A stretch of 63,941 nucleotides of DNA, filler included, from Lenisia limosa (GCA_001655205.1; 16 parts of 16 records of this genome joined end to end with filler, not necessarily neighbours in it); one strand, 5' to 3'; positions 29,052 through 42,410 are shown, counted from the first letter of the whole stretch. A program made the numbers and translations. Notes: generated by a model from the sequence alone, not told the origin.

Positions 29052-30042
29052 ACTGTGCCCAATTTTATTCCATTGAATCCGTATAAATTTTGAAAATATA
29101 CTCATATAAACCTTACACAGGTACCATGACTGTACTACCTACAAAAACATCACCATCACCACCATCACCACCATCATCATCACCTCTAAACAAACATTTC
29201 ATCATCACCTCCTTAAACCAACACAGGTCCTAACGCACCTCCTCCATGTAGAGATAATAAATAACAATGGCTAAAGCGGTCCACACCATGACAGTAATAC
29301 AATGACATGATACACTGCTCTCGGTCAGAATGCCCCACGTATAAAACAAGGCCCATTCATGCGTATTCAGTGGACATGTGAAATAAAACAACAGAGTATC
29401 TGGTTGAAGCCTTCCATACCATTTCGCTTCTAAAACGTAGAAGGGTTACATTTCACTAATTTTAATTTGCCTAACAGTTTTATTTTTATATTAGTGTGGA
29501 TCATAGTATCTTTCTTCCTTTCGGGCTCTAAGGCCCTATTGATGCAGCTAATGGATTGAACAACATTGATGTTTGACAGTCCCAAAGAAGAAGCAGCGGT
29601 AGGGATCAGAATAGTGTCTCACCTCGATGTTTGCCAATATGGAAGCCTGCCGAATAGCGAAACGCTGGATCGGCCTTTAAATGCGACTAAAATGTTATAT
29701 TTGCACAGGAAACTAAGAAAGGCGATTGTAGAAATGAAGGAAAACAAACCATGTTCGTATAGTTTTCGAGTCAAAGAATATATCCTATAATTAGGTTTAT
29801 TCTAATATGTTAGCAACAACAAATGAGGATAGAGGCGTTTTTATTTTTTGAATGTTAAGCATTTGTAGACATTCCTGGTACAACACTTATCAGATTGTTT
29901 CAATTCGAGAAACGACTTTGGAAACAACAAAAGAGCAAAAGTTGAGTTATTACGCGAGTTAAATATATATCATAAGTATAGAGCAGCTATATCTCCAAGA
30001 AAGACAAAGCCAATGTAGTAAGAGGAGAATTTAGAGCTCATA

Positions 30043-33000
30043 ATGGAGCGTTACCAAGTCTGTGAACTCATTGGAGAAGGTTCCTTCGGTCGAGTTTACA
30101 AGGTAGCATCACCAAGGTTGTTCTTGTCTTAACCCACTGCAGGGGAGAAAACGCTTCAGTGGCCAAGTTGTTGCTCTCAAGTTTATTCCAAAGTTTGGAA
30201 AAACCCCAAAAGACATCGATGCGCTTCGTTCTGAAATAGAGATTCTCCAGAAAACAAGGTATACACGTTCTTCCCTGCGTTTAAACCGCTTATTTATGGC
30301 AAAAACATGGATTATTTGCAGTTTCTGGGGCCATATTACAGTTGCTTCTACTCACTTCCCCCTAGTCATGAGAACGTGATCGGCCTGCTCGACTCCTTTG
30401 AGACAGATGCTGAGTTCTGCGTGGTCATGGAATATGCCCATGTAGGTGGTTTAATGGTTGTTCGATGGGTGATGGGTGATTTCCGGAGGATCATGTTCGG
30501 AGGGTAAAAATGAAGATTGGCGGTTTGGACCGTTTTTAATGGTTTTCGATCATTTGTTATGCTTCTTTTTAGAGCTTTTAATGGAATTTAATATGAATTA
30601 ATATGAATCAGTAGACGATATTCCAAATCTGTTCCAATTTTCTACTCCGTGAAACGCTATGGAATAGAGGACAATGATTATTAAGCTTTATAAAAAATTA
30701 ATGCAAGAAATCGCTTTCCTCATTTCCTTAAAAGTGTTTTGTCCTGATTTTACTTGTTGTAATAGTCCAATTTCCACATATTGTTCAGACTATATTTCCT
30801 TTGCTTATTTCGGTCTTGACGTAATGCTTATATTTCCTTTGCTTATTTTGGTCTGAATGTAATGGGTCATTTACTTGTGCTTATATTTGCCTGAATGGTC
30901 ATTTACTTGTGCTAAAATTTGCCTGAATATAATGGTCATTTACTTGTGCTAAAATTTGCCTGAATGTAATGGTCATTTAGGGCGAGCTCTTTGAGATTCT
31001 AGAAGATGACAAGCACTTATCAGAAGCAGAGGTTTGCTGAATTGTGGCCCTTGTGTGTATTTGTTTCTCGTATCACTTTTTGTTTCATTTTCTCACGTGT
31101 CATTTTCCACGCAGTGATACAATTCGTGATAATTGAACAACAAGTCTCAATGATACACTCGGGATGGAACCTCCTCGTATTATCTTCAGCGGTTATTTGG
31201 TCATATTACAAATAGATACAGGTCAATTTCCTCAAATTAGGAGGGCAAAAGCAGGTCTTCCTGCGGTCCGAAAAAGCCCGTTAAATGTGATATTGTTTAT
31301 CGAAGATTTACTTAGTCTTTTTTGGGCCGTAGGGAAGCCTTGTCAGGAAGGACAGCAAGGAATATGCTGACGGAGGGAGTGTGGCAATGGCTGTTGAATT
31401 GGATGAAGGATTGAAGATACTTGTAGCATTCCCCGACATTATATACAGTGATCAGGATAAGTCTTGCTCTATGATTTCCCAGAAATCATAGAGCAAATCG
31501 GCTTTGTTTGCTTTGTTGTTACCAAACCTTGTATATTAGAGTTGATTTGGGCTTTTGTTTTTGGTTTCATAATTTTCTAATTTTAAATTTTTCCAATTTT
31601 ACCCACTCACGGAATAGGTTCGAAAAGTGGCTCAGCAGCTGGTTATGGCGCTCCATCATCTCCATAGTTACAGAGTTATTCACAGGTGCGTGTGACATGG
31701 GGATTTAGAGGTGACACGTTGAAATGCGGATTTTGGTTGTGGTGAATTTTTTTGTTCTTTTTTGTTCTTTTTTTTTTTCTCTCTTTTTTTTTTTATTGAT
31801 TTTTGATTTAAATTCTNNNNNNNNNNNNNNNNNNNNNNNNNNNNNNNNNNNNNNNNNNNNNNNNNNNNTTCCCTTTTTTTTCTTCCTCTGGGTGTTTGTC
31901 GTTTTATCACACAAATGAACAGCAATGAAAAACAAAGATGTGAAAAAAACTCCCAGGAACAAAAAACTTGGAGTTTTCTCTGGCAGATTTCGACTTCAGG
32001 CCGTGTTCGAAGTGTATAGTTTTCTTAACCCTCGTGTGTTGTCAGCCAACATAATTGATTTTGGGCTTTTTTTATTTTCTAAATTTCAAAAATTACTCTT
32101 TGTTGTGTGTGATGATGGAGATTGGAGATTAATATTACAGGGATATGAAGCCGCAGAACATTCTCATTGGCGAAGATGGGCTTATTAAGCTTTGTGATTT
32201 TGGTTTGAGGGTCATTTAGCTTTCCCCTCACTAAATCAATATGTTATATCTCGCCCCCTCTCCCCCAGGTTTCTTAGTATGTATAGTAGAATGCATTTTG
32301 ATTACCTCCTTACACGTTAATTTTGGGCTTGTTTCAATTTTACTCCCCAAACACACATAATAAACAAATCATATTTTTAACCCCCCCTCCCCTAAACAAT
32401 AAAAGTTCTTACCCCCCTCTCAGGATTTGCCCGGGCCATNNNNNNNNNNNNNNNNNNNNNNNNNNNNNNNNNNNNNNNNNNNNNNNNNNNNNNNNNNNNN
32501 NNNNNNNNNNNNNNNNNNNNNNNNNNNNNNNNNNNNNNNNNNNNNNNNNNNNNNAGGGCACCCCACTTTATATGGCCCCGGAGCTGGTACAGGAGAAACC
32601 GTATAGCTTCAAGGTTCGTGATAATCCCCTTATTTTTAAATTTTCCAATTTTCCGTCACATACTTTTATCATAAACATCTTCTCAACATACATATCATCT
32701 CATACCCCCCAAATTCATATCCCCCAATTAACCGATTAGGCCGACCTGTGGTCCCTGGGTGTAATCCTCTACGAGCTGAACTTCGGCAAGCCGCCATTCT
32801 ACACCAACAGTATCTACGCTCTTATCACCAGAATTGTCAACCAGGATGTGGGTGGGGGTAAATTAAGGACGTTTATGTGGAAGGGGGATGAAAAATGGGA
32901 GATGTTTCGATTTCATCTCCTACTTTTTCTTCTATTTCTTCTCCTATTTCTTCTCCTATTTCTTCTCCTATTTCTTCTTTTCTTCTATTTCTTCTTCTGT

Positions 33001-35352
33001 TTCTTCTATTTCTTCTTCTATTTCTTCTATTTCTTCTATTTCTTCTATTTCTTCTATTTCTTCTCCTCTCTCTTGGTTCCCCGTTCAGAAATAATATTGT
33101 AACTATCGTGTGTCATCAGCCAGTTTTTTGTTTCATAAATTTCCCAATTTTTTTCTTTCTTTCAGTGTCCAAATGAACGCTCCCCCCCCCCCCCNNNNNN
33201 NNNNNNNNNNNNNNNNNNNNNNNNNNNNNNNNNNNNNNNNNNNNNNNNNNNNNNNNNNNNNNNNTTCCGATCGTTTCTCTCCGGTCTTTTACAAAAGGAG
33301 CCTTCTAACCGCATGGACTGGTCCCAGTTGGCCAACCACCCCTTTGTCAGGTTCACTAAAGAGGAAATGTGGGGGGGGGGGTGAGTAGGAAATTGGGACC
33401 ATGAAGGAGCGTGGTGTCATTTGTTCTGCGTTTTATTGTCCTTTTAGCCAGTATTTTATTGTCCATTTAGCCAAGCAATGGACTTGCGAAGGAGTCGAAG
33501 AGGAGAGCCTCACTTGGCCATCCCGATTGAACTTCCGACTATGGGTAAGAAGGAGAGGGGATAATATTAGTGGGAGTATTTTATCCAAATGATTTTCCGA
33601 CAGCTATGGATAAGAGGGGGAGGGATTTTTGACAAGAGAAATAATATATTAGAAATCTATAAATACACAGGGACACCATAAACAATTTTCCAAAGGGGGT
33701 GGGGGGAGTTAGAGACGAGTAGGTATTTATCGATAGTTTATCGGGAATTCACTCTTTATTGAGACCGTAGGGAACCCCTAGGATTGAGGTATAAAAAGGT
33801 ATCATGCCATTGTATCTTCACCCCTCTCCCAGGATTTTTAAGAACCCTTCATTCATAAATTTTCCAATTTTAGCGACTGGCCTGGGCTTTNNNNNNNNNN
33901 NNNNNNNNNNNNNNNNNNNNNNNNNNNNNNNNNNNNNNNNNNNNNNNNNNNNNNNNNNNNNNNNNNNNNNNNNNNNNNNNNNNNNNNNNNATTGTCCAAT
34001 TTTACTCCCCCACCCCCCAGGATTTGTAGAACCCGTGTCCGTCCAGCCGCCCACGACCCCAAAGCGGGCAAGTCCAGTCTCATTCCGATCTTCTAGAACT
34101 TTCCCGAGTCGGCATAATTCCGGCGGCCGAACTTCAGTGGAGCCGAGAGATACCAAGTCGCCTTCTTCCGCGTTGATTCCGATACGTCCGGACAGCTCCG
34201 ATACCAAGTCTACAAAGGAGAAATTCGAGGTGCACTGCACTCCCTCTACTGAACCGGCAAAGCTTACGCCGACCCCTCCTGCAGCCTCAACTAAACCCCG
34301 TCGATCTGGCAGGGCTACTCCNNNNNNNNNNNNNNNNNNNNNNNNNNNNNNNNNNNNNNNNNNNNNNNNNNNNNNNNNNNNNNNNNNNNNNNNNNNNNNN
34401 NNNNNNNNNNNNNNNNNNNNNNNNNNNNNNNNNNNNNNNNNNNNNNNNNNNNNNNNNNNNNNNNNNNTTATTGAGGGTGTTTTTCTAAGCTAGTAGAGGG
34501 TTTTTCTAAGAGATTTACTTTTCAAAGATTTACCAAGGATTTGTCTAAGATTTATCGAGGTCTTACGCTCTATCCCACTTTGTCTCTCTCTAACCTTGCA
34601 GACGGAAACATGGACACCCCTCACACCGCCTCTGCCCCGGTCACCATAAGAGCCTCAGCCAAAGACCTTATTGCCCTTCATTCTGTAGGGGGGGAGGGGG
34701 ATGTGGAATGAGGGAATATTTGCTTTACTGAGGGGTGGTGGTGGTGTTTGTTTACTGGCGGTAAGTGTAAGAATGGATTTATTATTTGTAAGGGGGTATT
34801 AGGATGGAAGGTGTTTTCTTTGGTTTGGGTTTATCTTCTAATTTCCTATGTTTCACACATTATTGATTTTGGGCTTTTTTGCTTCATAAATTTCTTTTGT
34901 TCATCCCCCGCAGACCAGCGATCCGTCCCTGCCATCTTCCACGCATTCCCCCTCGTCTCTTCTTCCTGTCCACTCCCATAGGAGGAAAAGTATCACGTCT
35001 ACTCCACCAGGTTTGGGGAGGGGGGGATATTTGTGAAAATGATTAGCTTGTGAACACCGTGATCTTTTATTAGTCTGTTTGTGGAGAGAGGGGTGGTAGT
35101 ATGATGTATAAATATATTGATTATCATTATTATGATTATTTTCTATCATAATATATCCTGATTTGTTTAGCCTCCCCCATCCCCTCTGACACCAATATCC
35201 GGCCGCTTGCTCGTCGCCCGGGGCCTCCATCTATTCTTACGGCCGCGCCAGTTCCACTTCCTCCTGTCACGCGACGACCGCAGGAGAAGAAAGTGGCGTC
35301 CGCGTTTGCCGCCTTTTCGACGCAGAAGAAAAGCGTGCATCTGCCCACCCCG
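30043..35352 (+). CDS. STK36: Fused/STK36 (TIO/Tsunami-like) Ser/Thr kinase: kinase domain plus Pro/Ser-rich linker, C-terminus probably missing
   Basis: [134 protein letters not shown]. Confidence 0.92.
32930..33066 (+). repeat. Intronic (TTCTTCTAT/TTCTCCTAT)-type microsatellite
   Basis: Visible 9-12 nt pyrimidine-rich tandem units. Confidence 0.85.
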
Positions 35353-35375
35353 TAGGAACTATATCAATATCTAGT

Positions 35376-35475
35376 TAGGGCTTCACTTTGGTTCAAAAAA
35401 GACCAGTAAAATATCGATAGTTTTCGATGATTTATCGATAAATTCAGTCTTTCTTCGAACCAAAGTGAAGCCCTA
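35376..35475. mobile_element. MITE-A copy, 100 bp
   Basis: TAGGGCTTCACTTTGGTTCAAAAAA..GAACCAAAGTGAAGCCCTA with intact TIRs; TSD not conserved. Confidence 0.85.
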
Positions 35476-35859
35476 TATAATTTAGTACATAGTATATCAT
35501 GTACATGTACATGTATATTCTACTTATATGTATAATAGTATAATAGTATATCGACATCATATGGCAATTAGCGGAATTGTTTCATAAATTATCCATTCAC
35601 GTACGCTGGAGTGATGGGATGCGGTGCTGCNNNNNNNNNNNNNNNNNNNNNNNNNNNNNNNNNNNNNNNNNNNNTTAATTAATTAANNNNNNNNNNNNNN
35701 NNNNNNNNNNNNNNNNNNNNNNNNNNNNNNTGGTCCCTATTTCTCAAAGATTTTCCAAAAAAAAAAAATTGGACCAAAGTGGCGCTCGTGTTACATTACC
35801 TATTACTTTAGTACCTTTACCTTCATCGAAATTTCTTTCGTTTTACTCCCCCCCCCTAG

Positions 35860-38277
35860 GCCGTGTGCACATTGACCTGTCACCGCTGTTGTTAGCAGAC
35901 GGGCCTCCTGTTCTCGAAGGATGGATGCCGATTTGGGATGTCATGCATGGTGGGTGAAGGATGGTGCATGGCGGGNNNNNNNNNNNNNNNNNNNNNNNNN
36001 NNNNNNNNNNNNNNNNNNNNNNNNNNNNNNNNNNNNNNNNNNNNNNNNNNNNNNNNNNNNNNNNNNNNNNNNNNNNNNNNNNNNNNNNNNNNNNNNNNNN
36101 NNNNNNNNNNNNNNNTTTATCGATAAATTCAGTCTTTTTTCGAACCGAAGTGAAGCCCTGGTGGAGGTGCATATATGGTCAATGGTGGTGGTGGTGTTAG
36201 GGATATTGAGAAATAAATCAAGCTAGTATCTGACCGAAGCCGTCCACCCCATCACGTTTATATCAGATATTGGATTAGAGTATCTAGCCGAGGCCATCCA
36301 CACCATCACGCGTCTTAGAGATATTGGACTATAGGCCTCCGTGAAATTGTTGACAAAATATGAGGTGGAGATGATGGTGTAGGTACCTATGTCCCCCAGG
36401 ACTAAGAGGCGAATTCCATTTTAAAGGTCATTCATTCATTAATCAATAACAAATTAAAGCCACTTCCATTTCAATAAACTTGAAACACGTATAACGTGAT
36501 GGGATGCGGTGCTGCAGAAGCGACTGGTCTGGGCTCTTTTTGTTTTGTTATCACCCCTCGTGTTTTGTCAGCTAACAGAGTTGATTTGTGTTTTTTTTTT
36601 TNNNNNNNNNNNNNNNNNNNNNNNNNNNNNNNNNNNNNNNNNNNNNNNNNNNNNNNNNNNNNNNNNNNNNNNNNNNNNNNNNNNNNNNNNNNNNNNNNNN
36701 NNNNNNNNNNNNNNNNNNNNNNNNNNNNNNNNNNNNNNNNNNNNNNNNNNNNNNNNNNNNNNNNNNNNNNNNNNNNNNNNNNNNNNNNNNNNNNNACAGT
36801 CTCTTTCAGACTACATGAAGGGCTAAGAGATGTTGTAAAACCCACTAATCAAGCCTTTTTTACTAAAGGGAACCGAAATCCCCCACCTTAAGCCTAATTT
36901 CTCTATAAATTGCCGTTTCACATCCCCTCTCAGGCCACACGCCGCCAAAGAACCAGGAAGTTGTCCAGGTATTCCCTGAGGTTCACGAGGTCCTAACAGC
37001 CGATGACCCCGAATTTAAATGGTTTGGGGGGGGGGAGATATCGTTGTATATTTCGCATATTTGCCTTATCTCTTCTCTATTTTATTTTTAATATTCCTTC
37101 CTCTGAAGATTAATAGATATCACATATCATATTCAACTTTTTTATTCAACCTTTTGCATGGTTGCCCATGATTTGCTCAATTCGATTTTCGGATGTGGCC
37201 TGGTTTTATTATGATTATGATTATTATGATTATTATCATGTCAAATACAGTGACAGGGATAGTCTTTGACCTATTTTCCTTGGAAAATCACAGAGCAAAT
37301 CGGTCAAGACTTATCCTGGTCACTGTGTGGTATATCATATCAGATATGTATAATACTATGATGATTATATTATAAAAACAAAAGGAGTATAGTTTCCCCT
37401 TGGATAACCCCATAGGACCGATACCTTCCGGACACAACGGTCTGCAAACGAATCCCGCCAGGAACTTCTCTACATAACTGCAGCGTAGGGGGGGGGGGGT
37501 CTTGATATACAGTGAAAGGGATAAGCCTTGACCGATTTGCTATATTTCCCAAGGTACTTATCCCGGTCACTGTATGTCCGACAAATCCTCACTATCTGGT
37601 GCCATGATTCTATTAATAAAATGATACAATAAACAGTTATATTCATAGTATTGGATAGCTAGTTGAGACCCCTTTCTTGTAATTTAAATTTTTACGCAGA
37701 AATGTATACTATTTCAATCAGTTCTTCCAGTGAAAACGTTTATTTATCGCAATCCATACTCTCGAGATAATCAGCCTGTTCTGACCTCCCCTTAGTCGAG
37801 TGAGACGGTCCATTTGCCATAAGGCTCATTTGACTGGTGCAAATGCTGTGCTTGGTTGGCCAAGTGCTTGGTCTCGGTTTTTTATCTACAATTACAGCCA
37901 TATAATAATGATAGCTGTTGGGTCGTGGTGTTTAATGACGAGATTTGTGCCTTGTTTTTTGGGTGTTATCAACTCTTCGTTTGTTGTCAGCCAACAGAGT
38001 TGGTTTGGGCTTTTTTGTTTCATAAATTCCCATTTACCCCATCCCCATTTGTCAAGTTTTGGCGTTGGTTGCTCGTGTTTGTTATTGCTTGTTTTTCGTT
38101 TTTGTTTTTTTGGAGTTTCAGAATATTCGGTTCGTACCTTTACGCCAATATTCTTCATCGAAATTTCCCTCGTTTTACTCCCCCTCTCCCCAGCCTACAA
38201 CCAACGCATTGACTCAACGGAGGAATTAGGCCTTGTGGTGCGCGCCATCGCCACCCCCGTGCGCCTGGTCAGTACGG
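35860..38277 (+). CDS. C2CD5: C2CD5/KIAA0528-like C2-domain protein, internal fragment
   Basis: LGRVHIDLSPLLLADGPPVLEGWMPIWDVMHG, EVHEVLTADDPEFKW and AYNQRIDSTEELGLVVRAIATPVRL parallel C2CD5 motifs (GKVYIDIDPLL..GWFPIYDTIHG; EELVVNEDPEYQW; ESGLVVRAIGTA). Confidence 0.8.
36496..36601 (+). repeat. Intronic repeat module B, sense to C2CD5
   Basis: GTGATGGGATGCGGTGCTGCAGAAGCGACTGGTCTGGGCTC..CCCTCGTGTTTTGTCAGCTAACAGAGTTGATTT. Confidence 0.85.
37248..37325. mobile_element. MITE-B (CAGTGAC..GTCACTG, Tc1/mariner-pogo type); second copy at 37510-37572
   Basis: TA-CAGTGACAGGGATAG..CTTATCCTGGTCACTG; the second copy is TA-CAGTGAAAGGGATAAG..CTTATCCCGGTCACTG-TA. Confidence 0.8.
38105..38192 (+). repeat. 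Intronic repeat module A forming the C2CD5 acceptor
   Basis: GGAGTTTCAGAATATTCGGTTCGTACCTTTACGCCAATATTCTTCATCGAAATTTCCCTCGTTTTACTCCCCCTCTCCCCAG then exon. Confidence 0.85.
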
Positions 38278-38379
38278 CNNNNNNNNNNNNNNNNNNNNNN
38301 NNNNNNNNNNNNNNNNNNNNNNTTAATTAATTAANNNNNNNNNNNNNNNNNNNNNNNNNNNNNNNNNNNNNNNNNNNNA

Positions 38380-39745
38380 GCCCCCCCAAAAGCAACACCC
38401 ACTGCTCCTCCTAAAACTGCACCTAAACCCTTACCAAAGTCATCTGATCCCCCCAAATCCACCCCTCCGGTAGAGAAGCCTCTCCCCAAACCTGCGCCAA
38501 AGCCTCTCCCGAAAGAGCCGAAGGAACCGCCGAAGACCGCGCCAAAACCTCTGCCCAAGCCCTCGGAGGCTCCAAAACCGCTCCCTAAGTTCCAAGGTGC
38601 GGTGTCAATGATTTTGGCGTTATCACCTGTGACTAGACAGAAATTCTCGCTGATCCATTATTTAATTTTTTTGTAAAGGAGGGACTTTCTGTTCATTGTA
38701 CATGTAGCAATGTGAATTGAGAAATTTACCCTCTGCATTTTTGTAACTTTGTGTTTCAAATAAGTTGATTTTATCTCTCAACCTATCTTTTTTTTTCTAT
38801 TATTCCCAATGACTGTTTGCTTACTACCCTTACTCCGCTTATTTTCTAGATCCTCCTGCCTCAACACCGCCAAAGACTGCTCCCAAGCTGGCACCTAAAC
38901 CCGCACCCAAGCCTTCCCCAAAGCCCGAAGAAAAGGTTTGAATCAGAATTCAGACTTTGATTTGGAGTATCTGTACAAATATGATGCTAAACTGATGATT
39001 CAAAATAATCAAATCATGTCGTAATGTTCATATTTAAATAATCATAATATTAAAGCTACTTGGTGTTTAACCCCCCAGTCGGAAGCGAAACCCCTTCCAA
39101 AGCCTCTTCCGAAACCTAAAACTGATGAGGAGAAAGTGGGTGAATACGAAAGGGAACTTTTGTTTATTGCTTCTAGTCTGAAGTTAAACCCTTACCTAAG
39201 CCGTTGCCCAAACCCACGCCCCCTCCAAAGGTTGTTTATTTCTTTAACTTGTCTTCAACAATGTTATGTTGCAACATCTCTTTTGACCCCCTTCTTCAGG
39301 ACGCCCCGAAGCCTGCAGCTCCCAATAAGCCAGCACCAACCCCCAAAGATTCCCCACCAAAGAAGTCCACAAACCCCTTCTTGACTGCTGAGACTGTGAG
39401 AGATTTTAATATTTCAGAACTAAACATTTTTAAAAAAATAGTGAAAATGGGTGAAAAATTAATCAAGGAAATTGAAAGATGATGGTGGGATTTTTGTCTT
39501 CGTTTTTGGGCTTGTTTCTATAAGGTACAAAATATATAGATATGAACTGCAATCATATCCTCTCATGGTCTTTTAGAGTGCACCTGCTGTCTCGCCTAGA
39601 AGCTCGGGATCTGTAAAAATTGCCCCCGTACCACCAGTGAAAAAGGATGCCCCCAAAATGTGAGTTGAGAATTAACATCATTTCACTGAGATTGTTTGAG
39701 GTAAAACTGTCTTTTGAGCTACTTAACAGTTCAGCCCGCTCACAC
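38380..39745 (+). CDS. Pro/Lys-rich low-complexity protein fragment (KPLPK/KTAPK repeats), function unknown
   Basis: Several phase-compatible GT-AG exons: APPKTAPKPLPKSSDPPK.., DPPASTPPKTAPKLAPK.., SEAKPLPKPLPKPK, DAPKPAAPNKPAP..STNPFL. Confidence 0.7.
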
Positions 39746-39869
39746 AGGAGTCACGAGACACGGCAANNNNNNNNNNNNNNNNNNNNNNNNNNNNNNNNNN
39801 NNNNNNNNNNTTAATTAATTAANNNNNNNNNNNNNNNNNNNNNNNNNNNNNNNNNNNNNNNNNNNNACC

Positions 39870-41020
39870 TGGAGTGTGAAGTCCAGTTCGGCTTGTCGGA
39901 TGCCGAGAGCCGTGCTGGCTTCCGAGTTGGCCACGTTCATGTGTCGCTCGCAGTTGCTGTTCGTGATGTTTACCTGGTGGGGTAAAACGAAGGAAATTTT
40001 GATGAAGAATACTTGTGTAAAGGTACTAATCACGAACAAAATGATCTGGGTATTGAATAGACAAAACAAAACCTGAGAAAAAGCAAAACGAAATGTTGAT
40101 AAAGAAGATTGGAAACCGAATAATCTTGAACTCCAAAAAATAAAGCAGAGGGGGGGGGGGAGAGGATAGAGAAAAAGAATGGAAATATATTACTCCCTTC
40201 CCTCCCCCCCCCCCNNNNNNNNNNNNNNNNNNNNNNNNNNNNNNNNNNNNNNNNNNNNNNNNNNNNNNNNNNNNNNNNNNNNNNNNNNNNNNNNNNCGAC
40301 TCCGACACGGTTTGATTGGCCAAATTCTCAGCCGCGACCGCATTGGCCTCAATATGCGCAATTTCCTGCCTTGCCTGGGCTCTCTTCTCCTTCTCGCCAA
40401 TGTCTCCTTTCTGGCGAGCTTCGGCGACCTGAGCGTGGTGACTGGTTGGTTCACAGGAAATGGGGAAGACGGTTTATTAACGATGACTGGTTATTTTTTG
40501 GGAATGGGGACGGACTCCCGAGAAAAAACTTGGGAGTTTTCTAATTGGAAAAAGCTGGAGTAGGTATTTTACCCCTTCGGAAAATACCTCACTTTATCAA
40601 AACAGTTATTATCTTTATCAAACCATCCCACCTCCACTCTCGACTCATTGACGGCTCCCTCCAATGCCTTCATTCGTCGAAACTCTGGAAGAGATATTAC
40701 GATCATTAAGAAAATACAGGGCTTTGGTTCGAAAGATGACCGAATTTCTTAATAAATCCTCGAAAACTACCGATATTTTACGGGTATTTTTCGAACCGAA
40801 GTGAAGCCCTACTCTCGAGGGGTTGTACAAGACAAAGAAGAAAGTAATATTAATGAAAATAAAAGGAATTCTTGTCAGGTCAAAATTAGGACTCTGTGCA
40901 ACTAATTATTTGAGGAAATTGTATCCCCTTCCCCCACTGAAGTATCTAGAACCTTCAACGTCCTGCATGTCTTCGATGTTGGCGTTGTAAATGGTCAGGC
41001 CAAATTGAGCCAGTTCCTCC
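39870..41020 (-). CDS. FLOT: Flotillin-like (SPFH/band 7) protein, plant/fungal type, internal fragment
   Basis: EELAQFGLTIYNANIEDMQDVEGSRYF|EFRRMKALEGAVNESR|..QVAEARQKGDIGEKEKRAQARQEIAHIEA matches plant/fungal flotillin (QFGLLIYNANVKQL..VAEAKMKGEIG). Confidence 0.85.
40717..40811. mobile_element. MITE-A copy in flotillin intron
   Basis: CAGGGCTTTGGTTCGAAAG..TTTTTCGAACCGAAGTGAAGCCCTA. Confidence 0.75.
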
Positions 41021-41878
41021 TGAGGTTTGTGAGGAATAAAGAACCTTCCTCACAAACTGTATCATTATTTTGTTTGCGCTTAGTGAAGATTACTATCACA
41101 AAGCAAAATCAACATCAATTGTGAATACATGATAAAAAAAATAACTTAGTGCACCTCCCTCAGCAGCACCACCCTCCCCTCCCCTCCCACACAGAATTTG
41201 GATTTTTTTGTTTGTTTGTTTGGATTTTTAGAGNNNNNNNNNNNNNNNNNNNNNNNNNNNNNNNNNNNNNNNNNNNNTTAATTAATTAANNNNNNNNNNN
41301 NNNNNNNNNNNNNNNNNNNNNNNNNNNNNNNNNTCGAAAGGCAGAATAAACTCGTTGGCAATTAAACATTTTCTGACTGATTAGAATTTTGTCTTGCATG
41401 CGGGCATAACCCTATTGGGATACGTGTGAACTATAATACACCATTTTAAATGAAGTTAACCCAAGAAACAACACTACTACATGTTGTCATCAAGAAGACC
41501 AGACTGTGCCCACTTAAGCTTCAGACCCCCCCATTATGATAAACCTAGCCTGACTTCCTTAATAAACCACCCTGCGATGCTGACCTTGAATATTGTCGTT
41601 GTTGTGTTGAACTCGTCCCATAACGGGACATTGGGCTCGTTCATAGCAAAGGCCGAAAATGAAGATCAGTAGATTTCTCGGGGTTGGCGGCTTAAGCGTT
41701 CATAATTTCTACTCTATGTGTATAACGTTATGCAATACCTTTATATCAGGTAGGCAGCCAAGAAAGGAAGAAAATTTGACAATTTCCTTCAAATACGGTA
41801 TAAGTTCCCCCCATGTCATGGTATAAAAGCGTTTTGACAATTTTTTCTATGTCCTCAATTGTACTTTATTCTTTTAAA

Positions 41879-42410
41879 ATGGGTAAGACTATTATTGTTG
41901 GTGGTGTTGCTGCTGGGCCTAAGGCTGGAGCTCGCATTATGCGCTGTGACCCTACTCAGGAGGTCGTTCTGTTCGAAAAGGTACGTTATTGAATTCTATT
42001 TTCTTAATAAACACGAAAAAATCAGGGACCAAGTGTATTTACGTTTTGTAGAACAAGATCGTCTCATACTCTGGCTGTGGACTCCCTTACCGCGTTTGTA
42101 AGCCGATAATTTGCTCTTTATTAATTTGATCGTTTAACTTAAGGCTATTACAACGTATATACTTGTGCCATTTTTACCCGATCAGCTGGAGTCATCCACT
42201 CCGATGACGAGCTCATTGCCACGCCCACTGGCACAGTATGTTTTTATTAGCACTTTCACACTCTTTTGTAAATCTCCGCCGACAATAACACCGTCTAGCT
42301 TCGTAACCCCGAGTTCTTTGAGAATGTCAAGGGCTTCAAGATGCACGTTGAGACCGAGATTACCAAGATCGACAGAGACAACAAAAAGGTGCTTGCTAAG
42401 GCCAAGGACG
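41879..42410 (+). CDS. Bacterial-type pyridine nucleotide-disulfide oxidoreductase (CoA-disulfide reductase/NADH oxidase/persulfide reductase family), N-terminal part with spliceosomal introns
   Basis: MGKTIIVGGVAAGPKAGARIMRCDPTQEVVLFEK|NKIVSYSGCGLPYRV|SGVIHSDDELIATPTGT|LRNPEFFENVKGFKMHVETEITKIDRDNKKV: FAD-binding GGVAAG plus the single redox Cys motif SYxxCGLPY. Confidence 0.9.

Noticed and set aside
28687-29960. Minus-strand gene divergent from STK36
   Set aside because: Several exon-like stretches exist, but I could not build a phase-consistent model or recognise a family.
32848-33176. Hydrophobic or Ser/Ile-rich ORFs as membrane proteins
   Set aside because: They are translations of an intronic microsatellite inside the STK36 gene.
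36496-36601. Intronic repeat module B as a tRNA-derived SINE or C/D snoRNA
   Set aside because: I could not find Pol III A/B boxes, a cloverleaf, or a convincing C box/D box pair with terminal stem. Not excluded without Infernal/snoscan.
30043-38277. STK36-C2CD5 fusion protein
   Set aside because: The two fragments are separated by an artificial linker at 35675 and both are incomplete.
41879-42410. Bacterial contaminant contig
   Set aside because: The gene has several GT-AG introns with the host-style G-run after a donor.
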